Below, in pieces: positions 25,883-34,835 of a stretch of 64,000 nt of DNA (positions within the stretch are counted from its first letter, which is position 1; the number at the start of each line of letters is the position of its first letter). The translations under genes were made by a program, and so were the position numbers. This stretch comes from a virus (taxonomy: Duplodnaviria > Caudoviricetes), in the IMG/VR virus record IMGVR_UViG_2772190774_000001, positions 1 through 64,000 of that record; one strand, given 5' to 3'. The notes under the pieces were generated by a model that made no database searches, was not told the origin of the DNA, and worked only from the letters and a program-made list of their open reading frames with translations.

Positions 25883-27862
25883 TCACGCTGTCGTGGAGTC
25901 GGTCACGAGACCGAGCGCTGCGAGTGCTGTTCGGATCGCTGCCACTGACGTCGGTTCTCCGGTCCTGGAGTAGGTGAGTGAGGGGCGGGCGACCGGTGAG
26001 GTGTTGTAGAACCCCAGGCTCGATCCGAGGTGCCGGAGCGTCGCGCCGACGTGGAAGGAGTCGTCGGTCTTCAACGTGTCCGCGGCGGGCCTGTAGAGGT
26101 TCGTGTCGGCCGTTGTGCCATCGCCGAACGTCAGGGTCCCGGACGAGCTTGCGGAGGCGTCCACGGCAAGCCTGGCCACGGTGTCCCCCGTCAGGCGGAA
26201 GTCGAGCGCCCGCTTGCCGGTGGTTGGTGTCTCGACGGCCATCACAGCGATCGTGGCCGTTCCTGCTGCTGTGGCCTTGGCGAGGAGCACCTGGTTGGTC
26301 CCGGCGCCCTCAGCGTGGAACTGGGCGCTCTGCAGGCTGCTGCTGCCGACCGTGGCCCGGGTGGCCACGACCAGCGAGTCATCCGTCTTCAGGGTGTCGG
26401 CGGCCCCGCGGTACAGGTTGGTGTCCCCCGCCGCGGTCCCCGATCCCCAGGTGTGCGCGCCGGACGCGTCGATGAGGAGCCTGCGCTGGGAGTCCCCCGA
26501 CGCGTCAAGGGCGACCAGGGAGGTCGTCCCGGCCGCGCCCTGCACATGCAACGGGTTGGCCGGGGAGGTGGTGCCGATACCGACCCGGGCGTTCGCCTCG
26601 TCCAATGCGAGCGACGCCGACCCGATGAGGACCTTCCCCTTCGTCGCGTTCGACGTGCTCGACAGGGTCAGGGTGCCCGCCGAGCCGGTCCCGCCGCGGA
26701 CCGTCGGCGCCTGCACCGCCACCCCAGACGTGAAGGTGTCGTCCGTGGACAGGATGTCCGCGCCGCCGCGGTAGAGGTTGACGTCCGCCGTTGTGCCGTT
26801 GCCCCAGGTGATGGTGCCGGAGCCGGAGCCGGCCGACCCGTCCACACTCAACCTAGCAACGCTGTCCCCGGTGACGCGGTAGTCGAAGGCCCGCTTCGAG
26901 GCGCCCGAGGTCTCGACGGCGAGCACACCCTTGGCCGCGGTGCCTGTGGCGGTGGCCTTCACCAGCAGGCCCGCGTTGCTGCCGGTCGTGGCGACGGTCA
27001 CCACGTCCGAGCCGACGGTCGTGCCAACCGCGAGGCGGGTGCCGACTACGAGGGAGTCGTCGGTGGTGAGCTCGTCCAGACCCGACCGGTACAAGGTGGT
27101 GTCCCCTGTGCTGGACCCACTGCCCCAGGTGTGTTTGCCGGAGGCGTCCACGACCAGACGCGGCTGCGTGTCCCCCGACGCCCTCGTGTTGAGGGCCGTG
27201 GTGGTGCCTGTAGCGACGAGGACCTCGAACGTGTCATCCGTCCGCAGGGTGTTCGCGGTCGACCGGTAGAGAGTGGTGTCCGCTACGGCGCTACCGGAGC
27301 CCAGCGAGATCGCCCCCGACGCCCGCACCACCAGCCGAGGCTGGGCGTCCCCCGCGGCCCTCGCCTGCAGCACCACGCCTGCAAAGGAGCTGGCTTCGAG
27401 TTCAAGCATGCCGGTCATGGTGGACCCGGCCCGCTGCACATACAGGTCGGACAGGTCGACCACACCGGTACGGCCCTCAACGGAGATGACGCCGTTGATT
27501 TCCTCGATGGGCTGGTCGGGGACCAGGCCGGTGCGGATGTCCCCGACGAAGTACGGGCCGAGCGTGGCGGGGACGCCGATGTAGTACACGTGCGGGCGGC
27601 CGAGGTCGTCATTGAAGCCCTCCACCACGCGGTAGACGGTGTCGCCCCACGGGGAGTAGATGCGGGCGTTGCCGACGAGGTTCACGCTCCAGGTGCCGTC
27701 CGGGTTCGGCTGCACCCGCGTGGTCAGCGTGACCTCCTCATCAGCGTCCGTCGACCAGCCGGGGCGGACCGTGCCGTCCAACCCGACCAGGGTGATCTCC
27801 ACCTTCGGTGGGGTGCCGGTCCCCCCGGCCGGGCCCATGGATCTGCCGTACACGATCGGCAT
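25883..27862 (-). CDS. Tail fibre/spike-like repeat protein
   Basis: Five copies of D[T/V]xLYRxxADxLxTDD; Gly/Thr/Ala-rich. Confidence 0.7.
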   Translation of the reverse strand: MPIVYGRSMGPAGGTGTPPKVEITLVGLDGTVRPGWSTDADEEVTLTTRVQPNPDGTWSVNLVGNARIYSPWGDTVYRVVEGFNDDLGRPHVYYIGVPATLGPYFVGDIRTGLVPDQPIEEINGVISVEGRTGVVDLSDLYVQRAGSTMTGMLELEASSFAGVVLQARAAGDAQPRLVVRASGAISLGSGSAVADTTLYRSTANTLRTDDTFEVLVATGTTTALNTRASGDTQPRLVVDASGKHTWGSGSSTGDTTLYRSGLDELTTDDSLVVGTRLAVGTTVGSDVVTVATTGSNAGLLVKATATGTAAKGVLAVETSGASKRAFDYRVTGDSVARLSVDGSAGSGSGTITWGNGTTADVNLYRGGADILSTDDTFTSGVAVQAPTVRGGTGSAGTLTLSSTSNATKGKVLIGSASLALDEANARVGIGTTSPANPLHVQGAAGTTSLVALDASGDSQRRLLIDASGAHTWGSGTAAGDTNLYRGAADTLKTDDSLVVATRATVGSSSLQSAQFHAEGAGTNQVLLAKATAAGTATIAVMAVETPTTGKRALDFRLTGDTVARLAVDASASSSGTLTFGDGTTADTNLYRPAADTLKTDDSFHVGATLRHLGSSLGFYNTSPVARPSLTYSRTGEPTSVAAIRTALAALGLVTDSTTA

Positions 27863-30800
27863 CAGGCGTACTCCATCTCAACTTGCCGCAGGGCCTCGCG
27901 CAGGCTCAGCACCAGGGATCTCGTCATGGCCGTCGGGTTAGTGAAGTCCAGGACTCCGTTGACGTTGATGTCACCGGTGAAGGTGATCGACCGACCCGCG
28001 GAAACAGGGGCAGCAACGGGTGCGGCCATTGCTGAGGCGGCGAACCCGGCGGGGGTCACACCGACCGGGCTGGCGGCGGCGCCGATCACGCTCTGGGCCG
28101 CAGAGTGGACCGCCCCCACCCCCGAGGTCAGGCCCCGGGCCAAGCCCTGCGCGATCGACTGACCGGAATACTCCACCCAGCCCCTGCCGCTGAACGGGCC
28201 CTCCTTCGCCGGCGAGAACGGAAACAGCGACCGGATCTTGCCAAGGATGTCGGATGCGGCGTTGTAGGCGTCCTGCAGCATCGAGTACAAACCGTTGATC
28301 AGGCCTTGGATCAGCGACCGGCCCGAGTCGTACAGCATGTTTCCCAGGTTGCCGATGGCGTCCCTAATCCGGCCCGGGATACCGCGGACCGCGTCGAGCA
28401 TGCTGTTGATGCCGTTGCTGACCCCGTTGCGGATGTTGTTCCAGGCGTCTCCGAGGAAGTTCGAGACGGAGTCCCAGCCCCGGTGCCAGGTGTCTTGCAC
28501 GCTGGACAGGGCGCTGCTGATCGCGCCCCGAACGTCGCTGACTGCCCGGTCGATCGCACTGCGGATGTTCGACCAGGTCCGCGACACAAAGTCGGAGACG
28601 CTGTCCCAGGCCCGGTTCCAGCCGGAGGAGATGTCCGACAGGGTGCTGTTGATGCTGTTGCGGACGTTGCCGATCGCGTCGTTCACCCAGTTCTTGATGT
28701 TCGACCAGGTGCTAGACAGAGTGTTGCCGATCGAGTTCCAGCCGCTGTTCCAGTTGGACGAGATCCCGGACAGGAAGCCGCTGATCCCGGACTGGATGGC
28801 GTTCGTCGCGTTAGAGACGGCACCGGTAATGGTGTTCCAGGTCGACGTGAGCAGGTCCTTCGCCCCGGTCCACATCGTGCCCCATTTGTCCCCGATGTCC
28901 GACAGCCACCCGCCGACGCTGATCCTGAGCTGCTCCAGGATTCCGGTGAGAAGCCCCCGTATGGCTTCCCATGTGCCGGAGAACATTTGCTTGACCCCGT
29001 CCCAGGCGCGCTGCCAGTCTCCGGTGATCAAGCCGAGGGCAAGGTTGATGACTCCCTTGATGTAGTTCATGGCGCCATCGATGACCTGGAGAAGGGCCCC
29101 GAACATCGTTCCGATGGTGTCGAGCAGTGGGCCGCCGAAGGTGTCCCAGGCGATGCTGATGAGCTGGAACGCGCCGGAGATGATCTGACCGGCGTTGTTG
29201 ATGATCGAGATGATCCGGTCGCCCCACTGCTGCACGGTGCCCTGGTTGTTCTGGAACCAGACGATGATGTCGCTGACGATCTTGCTGATCAGGTCGCCGA
29301 TCTGCTGGAAGATCGGCATCGCGTTGTCCCGGACCGTCATGATCACCCGCGACAGCCACGAGTCCTCCGACAGTCCCTTCCCGGTCAGCCAGTCCACGGC
29401 CTGCTGAATCCAGCCGACCAGCGTGCTCAGGCCGGGCGCCACATAGTTCGTGACCACGCTGGCGAGGGCCGTCAGGATCGGCCCAGCCAGTTCGACAAGG
29501 GCGGGCAGCAGAGGAGCCACCGCGATCAGAATGTCCGCCAAGGCCATGGCGATGTCGTCCAGGGCGCCCGAGTCGGCCAGCTTCTGTACGGCCAGGCCGA
29601 GACTGTCGAACACGGCGATGATCCCCGGCGCAAGCTTGGCCAGGGCAGGCGCGAGCGCCTCGACCGCGCTAGCAAGGACCGGACCGACCGCCACTGCAAT
29701 ATCTGCGATCTTGGGTGCGAGTACGGCGACCGCACCCACCAGAGCCTCGAACACCGGCATCAACGCCAAGCCGATCCGGTGCAGCGACTGGAAGATCTCT
29801 ACCAGGACCTGCTGGCCCTTCGCCGAGTTGACCCACTTGTTCATGCCGTCGAGCAGAGTGCCGAGGATCCCGAGGGCCCCGGTGCCGGCGTCGCGGGCCG
29901 CCTTGAAGATCCCGTCGAAGATGCCCCAGAGGTCCTTGCCGACGCCCCACACCTGCCGCAGCACGTCGACGGCGTCGTCCAGCCATTTCATGGCCTGACC
30001 GGACTCGGAGATCTTGGACATCCACTGGCCGAAGGTGGTCAGAGAGTCCGTGAGTCCGCTCCGGAAGGACGCCAGCCAGTTCGACCCGACCACCGAGAGG
30101 TCGAGGAACCCGCGCAGCAGCGGCTGCAGCGCCTGCCACACCGCACCCAGCAGGCCGCGGGTGTTTTCCAGGATCGTGTTGAGCTTGACGACGCTCTCCT
30201 GTGCGGAGAAGAAGTCGAGCGCCGTGCGGACCATCCCGCCGAGAGCTGCGGCGATGTCCGCCAGCGCGGGCTTCAGCCCACCCAACGCGCTGGCCCAGAC
30301 CTGCAGCCTGCCCTCAAGCTGGAAGAAGAACGCGTCCTGCGCCGCCGCCTGGAACGACTTGAACGCGGGCAACGCTTTCTCGAACTCGCCCACGAATGCT
30401 TTGGCGGATGGGGTCAGCTTCGCCATCGCTTCTTCGAGGGCTTTGCCGTCGCCGGACCACACGGCGGCCATCGCCGAACCGACCCCGTAGGTCGCGAGTT
30501 TCCACGCGCCGAGCGCTGTGACGCCGGTCATCAGCAACCCGGGCAGGCCGGCCAGCAACCCGCTCACCGGCAACAGCTCAGCGGCCAGAGCTGTCACGTA
30601 CCCGGCGCTGCTCGCGGCGGCGCCCCCCACGGCGGCGATCCCTCCGGCGAGGGTCGCCAACCCCATGGACTTCGTCAGGGCCGACCCAAGACCGGAGAAC
30701 GCGCCGAGAAGCCGCCCCCCAATTCCACCCATCGAGGAGAGAAGACCGTCAGAGACGCCATCGCCGATGTCTTTGCCGTGGCGCCGCCCACGCTCCCGAC

Positions 30801-31188
30801 CACCTTGCATCTTCCGGTCGAGCCCGCGGTTGAACCCGTCCCCAACCGACTCGCCCAACGCTTCAGACTCGGAGACGAACCGGCCCTCTTCGTCATGCCA
30901 GCGGCCATTAGCGTCGATGCTGAACCGCCGCCCAAACGCCTGACCTGCGGCTGCCCCGGAAGCGTCGCCGATCCGCTGGCCGACCGCGACGAATGGCGAA
31001 CCGTCGTCGCCGAACTTGACGGCGCCCTCTTCGGCCATCCGCTGGCCGAACCTGCCGCCAGCCTCAGTCCCGGCAGTGTCGAAGTCGCGGTCGCCGCGGA
31101 TCGCGTCGCGGACTTCCCGCCCGACACGATCCTGCCCGCGGGCGTGGATCTCTACGTACGCGTCTGCTATGCGGAACCCGTCAGGCAT
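27862..31188 (-). CDS. Tape measure protein
   Basis: 1108 aa Ala/Gly/Leu-rich; periodic W/F repeats; LFPFSPAKEGPFSG motif; follows chaperone genes. Confidence 0.92.
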   Translation of the reverse strand: MPDGFRIADAYVEIHARGQDRVGREVRDAIRGDRDFDTAGTEAGGRFGQRMAEEGAVKFGDDGSPFVAVGQRIGDASGAAAGQAFGRRFSIDANGRWHDEEGRFVSESEALGESVGDGFNRGLDRKMQGGRERGRRHGKDIGDGVSDGLLSSMGGIGGRLLGAFSGLGSALTKSMGLATLAGGIAAVGGAAASSAGYVTALAAELLPVSGLLAGLPGLLMTGVTALGAWKLATYGVGSAMAAVWSGDGKALEEAMAKLTPSAKAFVGEFEKALPAFKSFQAAAQDAFFFQLEGRLQVWASALGGLKPALADIAAALGGMVRTALDFFSAQESVVKLNTILENTRGLLGAVWQALQPLLRGFLDLSVVGSNWLASFRSGLTDSLTTFGQWMSKISESGQAMKWLDDAVDVLRQVWGVGKDLWGIFDGIFKAARDAGTGALGILGTLLDGMNKWVNSAKGQQVLVEIFQSLHRIGLALMPVFEALVGAVAVLAPKIADIAVAVGPVLASAVEALAPALAKLAPGIIAVFDSLGLAVQKLADSGALDDIAMALADILIAVAPLLPALVELAGPILTALASVVTNYVAPGLSTLVGWIQQAVDWLTGKGLSEDSWLSRVIMTVRDNAMPIFQQIGDLISKIVSDIIVWFQNNQGTVQQWGDRIISIINNAGQIISGAFQLISIAWDTFGGPLLDTIGTMFGALLQVIDGAMNYIKGVINLALGLITGDWQRAWDGVKQMFSGTWEAIRGLLTGILEQLRISVGGWLSDIGDKWGTMWTGAKDLLTSTWNTITGAVSNATNAIQSGISGFLSGISSNWNSGWNSIGNTLSSTWSNIKNWVNDAIGNVRNSINSTLSDISSGWNRAWDSVSDFVSRTWSNIRSAIDRAVSDVRGAISSALSSVQDTWHRGWDSVSNFLGDAWNNIRNGVSNGINSMLDAVRGIPGRIRDAIGNLGNMLYDSGRSLIQGLINGLYSMLQDAYNAASDILGKIRSLFPFSPAKEGPFSGRGWVEYSGQSIAQGLARGLTSGVGAVHSAAQSVIGAAASPVGVTPAGFAASAMAAPVAAPVSAGRSITFTGDINVNGVLDFTNPTAMTRSLVLSLREALRQVEMEYA

Positions 31189-31489
31189 GGGCCACCTCGA
31201 TCAGGTCGCCCATCTCTGCGACCAGGGCGGCACGAGTCGAGGGCACCTCACGCCGCTCCCCTTGTGTGGGGGCGGTGGGGCCCTGCTGCTCTGCTGCCAT
31301 GCGTGCCGCCATCACCCCTCCGTAAGCGGGCACCCGGTGCGCCAACCGGAAGAAGGTCGGCGCGTCGAGGTCGTCAATCGCGAGCGGGCATCCCAGGCCG
31401 ATCCCGTAGAAGACCAGGAAGTCGGCTTCGAGGTCGTCGAGGTAGTCGAGGACCCAGATGACCTGGGAGACCCGCGTCAGCCGTTTCCC
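31181..31489 (-). CDS. Tail assembly chaperone, -1 frameshift extension (gpGT-like)
   Basis: Slippery G GGA AAC at 31483-31489; -1 frame open (KRLTRVSQVIWVLDYLDDLEADF...LIEVAHA*), stop overlapping the TMP start. Confidence 0.8.
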   Translation of the reverse strand, partial: GKRLTRVSQVIWVLDYLDDLEADFLVFYGIGLGCPLAIDDLDAPTFFRLAHRVPAYGGVMAARMAAEQQGPTAPTQGERREVPSTRAALVAEMGDLIEVAHA

Positions 31490-31869
31490 GCGCGCTGCTG
31501 CTCCGCCTGCCCGAGCACGTGGTCCCGGACGATCGCCATGACCTGGTTGAGCTGGTCGACGGTGAGCTGGTCGTACTCCATGAGCGCCTCGTACGCCTCA
31601 GCGCCGAGGACCTCTTCGAGCAGCCAGGCTTCGGCGACGTCGCTGCCCTGGGTGCGGACCATGCGCAGGTACTTCAGGGCGATGTTCGTGCCGATCCGGG
31701 CGGGCATGCCGTACTCGACGTCGTCGATGCTGAACAGCGGCACCTTCTCCACCTCGGCGGGCGCGGCCGTGGTGGTGAGGCGGACGATGTTCGGGGTGCC
31801 CTCGTCTCGGACGGCGGTGACCGCGCGGGGGCGGGTCTTGCCCTTGGTGGTGGTGCGGGGGGCAGCCAT
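31477..31869 (-). CDS. Tail assembly chaperone (gpG-like)
   Basis: Between major tail and TMP; ends just after the slippery site. Confidence 0.85.
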   Translation of the reverse strand: MAAPRTTTKGKTRPRAVTAVRDEGTPNIVRLTTTAAPAEVEKVPLFSIDDVEYGMPARIGTNIALKYLRMVRTQGSDVAEAWLLEEVLGAEAYEALMEYDQLTVDQLNQVMAIVRDHVLGQAEQQRAGNG

Positions 31870-32438
31870 CAGGCGTCCACCTCGTCCACGATCTTGAAGG
31901 GCTTGATGGAGGGCGACACGTAGTGCGTGGCCAGGCCCACCTCGTAGACGGTCTGGTCTTCCTTCTTGTAGGCGAACTTCACGCCCTCGACGTTGAGGAC
32001 CTTCCGGGCGATGATCCGGCGTCGCAGCCCGCCGGGGGCGTACCCGTCGAGCATCACCGCCGAGTAGGTGGGCTGCGTCGCCGCGCTGCTGTCGTCCGGC
32101 TCCAGCGACTCGAACCCGCTGCCGGTCGTCACACCGCCGGTCGCGCCGTTCAGCGCCCAGCTCAGACGCTCCAGCGTCGGCTCGGCGAGCTTCGTCTTCA
32201 GCGTCGCCTCACGCTTGGTCATCCGGCGGGCGGGGATGTCCACGATCTGGTCGACGACGAGCTCCTTGTACTCCTGGGTGATCTCCAGCTCGATGCCGTC
32301 CATCGTGCCGCCCATGTCCGTCCAGGCGGACGCGGACGGTGCGGTGTTGATGGCGGTGTCGGCCGGCTCGGTCGCGCCGAACGGGGCGGTGTAGATGTCC
32401 GCCGGGCCCTGTGTGAGGTTGGTCGTGGTGACAGCCAT
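31869..32438 (-). CDS. Major tail protein
   Basis: WTDMGGTMDG..LEITQEY..L.VDQ; synteny. Confidence 0.85.
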   Translation of the reverse strand: MAVTTTNLTQGPADIYTAPFGATEPADTAINTAPSASAWTDMGGTMDGIELEITQEYKELVVDQIVDIPARRMTKREATLKTKLAEPTLERLSWALNGATGGVTTGSGFESLEPDDSSAATQPTYSAVMLDGYAPGGLRRRIIARKVLNVEGVKFAYKKEDQTVYEVGLATHYVSPSIKPFKIVDEVDA

Positions 32439-32441
32439 CGC

Positions 32442-32639
32442 CTAGCTCTCCTTGCTGGTGTCGGTGGCGGGCTTCTGCTTGGGTGCCCTGGACGCGGGCT
32501 GGTCTGCCGCGTTCGTGGCGATGCGGACCTGCTCATCCGCGGGGTTGGGCAGGAGCAGTCCCTGCCGCTTGAGGTCGAGGTACTCGCCCTCGGATACGTC
32601 CAGCTCGCGGCCGGGTTCGATGGTTGTGCGGACCTTCAC
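32442..32639 (-). CDS. Small virion-region hypothetical protein
   Basis: VKVRTTIEPGRELDVSEGEYLDLKRQGLL; GGAGG RBS. Confidence 0.65.
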   Translation of the reverse strand: MKVRTTIEPGRELDVSEGEYLDLKRQGLLLPNPADEQVRIATNAADQPASRAPKQKPATDTSKES

Positions 32640-32845
32640 CGGAAGTCCTCCTTGCGTAGCGGCCACCGGACGGGGGCCATGTCGGGGTGCTCGGCAACGG
32701 GCAGGGTGGGGAGGTCGCCGGTGTAGGGGACGACCCTCTCGCCGGGGAACAAGTGCTCCAGCTCGCCGCGGTTGTCGTGGACGAGGACCCGGCCCTGATA
32801 GGTGAGCAGTTCACCCGAGACGGAGCCGCGCAGCGCGTACCTCAT
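32636..32845 (-). CDS. Small virion-region hypothetical protein
   Basis: Coupled at both ends. Confidence 0.65.
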   Translation of the reverse strand: MRYALRGSVSGELLTYQGRVLVHDNRGELEHLFPGERVVPYTGDLPTLPVAEHPDMAPVRWPLRKEDFR

Positions 32846-33294
32846 ACGGCCACCCAGAAGAGCTGCAGATCCAGGCTGTAGCGGGCGAACCGGGCCTCAT
32901 CGGAGGGGATCCGGCGGGGTTCCGTCAGCACGAAAGCGGACTGCACACGAGCCGCCTGGTAGCCGTCCGACAGGGTCACCACACGCTGCACCGGCAGGGC
33001 GTCATCCACCCCGCCATAGCAGTGCTGGCAGATCCGTTCGGCGAGCTGGTTCGCCTTCCCCCACGGGGGCTTCGCCCCCGAAGGGTTTGCGGCCCAGCAG
33101 TCCACCTGCACCACCGGCTGATGCTGGGGAACGTCCCGGTTCTTGCCGCCGCCGACCACGCTGATCTGCAGGAACCCATCCGGCCACGCCTTAATGTCCG
33201 CGGGCAGGGTGGTGCCGACCGCCCCATCGGGGATTCCCGGGACGCCCTTGAGCCAGGCGACGGCCACGAGCTCGGTGTGCGGGAGGAAACTCAC
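32842..33294 (-). CDS. Tail terminator protein
   Basis: ELVAVAWL; VVQVDCWA; ARYSLDLQL; synteny. Confidence 0.75.
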   Translation of the reverse strand: MSFLPHTELVAVAWLKGVPGIPDGAVGTTLPADIKAWPDGFLQISVVGGGKNRDVPQHQPVVQVDCWAANPSGAKPPWGKANQLAERICQHCYGGVDDALPVQRVVTLSDGYQAARVQSAFVLTEPRRIPSDEARFARYSLDLQLFWVAV

Positions 33295-33656
33295 AGGATC
33301 CTCCGCAGAAACAAAGCAGGACGTAAGTAAGGCTGCGCGCGGGTTCCGGGGTGGTGGACCACCTTCACCGGATGCCTGGCAGTCGGCCAGTGCAGCGCCT
33401 TCTTGCTGTTGGGGCGGATGATGTGCGGGCGGGTCCCGAGCTCCACCCACGCCGCGTAGTCCGCGTGGGCGTGGATCCGCCGCGACGTCGGCCCGATCTT
33501 GTGAACCCGGATCGACGACCTCAGGTGCCCGGTGTCGACGGGGGCGAATCGGCGGGCATCAGCGGCGATGTCATCAGCGAGGCGATCCATGGCCTTGGCC
33601 ACGTGCGCCTCAAGCTTCAGCTCCCAGCCGGGGGCCATCACAACGATGACCGCCAT
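33291..33656 (-). CDS. HK97 gp10-like neck protein
   Basis: APVDTGHLRSSI; YAAWVELGT; HHPGTRAQPYLRPAL. Confidence 0.85.
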   Translation of the reverse strand: MAVIVVMAPGWELKLEAHVAKAMDRLADDIAADARRFAPVDTGHLRSSIRVHKIGPTSRRIHAHADYAAWVELGTRPHIIRPNSKKALHWPTARHPVKVVHHPGTRAQPYLRPALFLRRIL

Positions 33657-33708
33657 ATGCCCGCCCTCCCTCTACGTCGGGGCTGCGGGCCGTGAACCGT
33701 CTACCGGT

Positions 33709-34044
33709 TCAAGAGTCGACCCGCCGGAGGGTCAGCACTACGTCCGCGGCGCCGACCACGGATGCGGTGCGGCTGACGGCCTCCACCAGGTAGATCGACC
33801 CGGCGCGTTCGTCACGCAAGCGGTCTTGCTCGCGGATGTCGGCGTGGGGGCGGACCCTGCCGGTGACGTAGCGGACGATGGTGGTTCGGTTCTCGGCGGG
33901 GACGAACACCCGCTGGTCGCGTTCGATGAGGGAGATGGGCACCCCGCCCCGGACGGGGGTGTCGGAGTCTGCGGGGTCGCCGTACTCGTCGGTGGTCTCC
34001 CCCCTGAGGACGGCGACGGTGGTGGTGGGGATGAACGCGCTCAC
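33709..34044 (-). CDS. Head-closure (head-to-tail stopper) protein
   Basis: TVAVLRG..DEYGDP; synteny. Confidence 0.7.
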   Translation of the reverse strand: MSAFIPTTTVAVLRGETTDEYGDPADSDTPVRGGVPISLIERDQRVFVPAENRTTIVRYVTGRVRPHADIREQDRLRDERAGSIYLVEAVSRTASVVGAADVVLTLRRVDS

Positions 34045-34496
34045 CGCAGGGGCTCCCACACCTGGTGGTCGTCGTACCACTCCTCAGCGCCGGTCAGCGT
34101 GCCCGGGGTGACCCGGCCACGGACGGCGAAGGCCTGGTCGGGGGTGAGCGGCTGCAACGTCCGGCTTTTCCGCCAGCTCAGCTTGTTGATGCAGCGCTTC
34201 GCCAACGGAGCGAGGACGTGCGCGTCGGGGTCGTCCTTGCTGTACTGCACGCCGTCCTGCACCACCTGCGTCACGTCCATGCGGCCGGTGACATCGGTCT
34301 GCGACGCCATCCACGCCGCCTGGTACGCCTCCGCATACCGCAGCAGCCGCACATCCCGCGGCTTGAGCGAGTCGACCGCGTCCACGGTGACGCCGGCGAA
34401 CAGCTCAACGATCGGGTACGCCGCATCTAACGCCCGCTGGTCGAGGGCGGTCCGCGTCCAGGTGCTGGCCTGATCGGGTGTCGTCCACGTGCTCAT
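34041..34496 (-). CDS. Head-to-tail adaptor protein
   Basis: Synteny; LAPLAKRCI..L. Confidence 0.65.
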   Translation of the reverse strand: MSTWTTPDQASTWTRTALDQRALDAAYPIVELFAGVTVDAVDSLKPRDVRLLRYAEAYQAAWMASQTDVTGRMDVTQVVQDGVQYSKDDPDAHVLAPLAKRCINKLSWRKSRTLQPLTPDQAFAVRGRVTPGTLTGAEEWYDDHQVWEPLR

Positions 34497-34825
34497 ACGT
34501 TCACCACCTCAAGGGGGCCGTAGAGGACGGTGTGGCGGGCGCCGCCGTCGATGAGGTCGTACCGCCAGAACGTCAAATCGGGCGTGATGAGGGTGCCGTC
34601 AATCGTCGCCTCCGCCACCCCAGCCGCGTCGTTGGTGACGACGATCTCCCCGTCGTCGCGGGTCAGGACTATCGCGTCCGCATCGTCCTGGTACTCCGTC
34701 GTCTTCAGGTACAACTCCAGGTCCGCCCCCGGGTCGATCGCCACGGGCACACCGGAGCGGGTCGCCGCGAGCTCCACGGTGACGTCGTTCCGCTCGACCA
34801 AGCTCAACTTCAGTAGCTGCGCCAA
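34493..34825 (-). CDS. Small beta-rich (BppU/Ig-like) structural protein
   Basis: Alternating beta pattern; WRYDL; VLYGPLEV. Confidence 0.55.
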   Translation of the reverse strand: MAQLLKLSLVERNDVTVELAATRSGVPVAIDPGADLELYLKTTEYQDDADAIVLTRDDGEIVVTNDAAGVAEATIDGTLITPDLTFWRYDLIDGGARHTVLYGPLEVVNV

Positions 34826-34835
34826 TTGCGGCCTC

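Noticed and set aside
21007-27862. Diversity-generating retroelement on tail fibres
   Set aside because: No reverse transcriptase and no TR/VR pair differing at adenines seen
26030-31461. Very long + strand ORFs (26030-28162, 28105-31461) and similar shadows elsewhere
   Set aside because: Antisense shadows of high-GC tail genes; Arg/Pro/Gly-rich with no motifs
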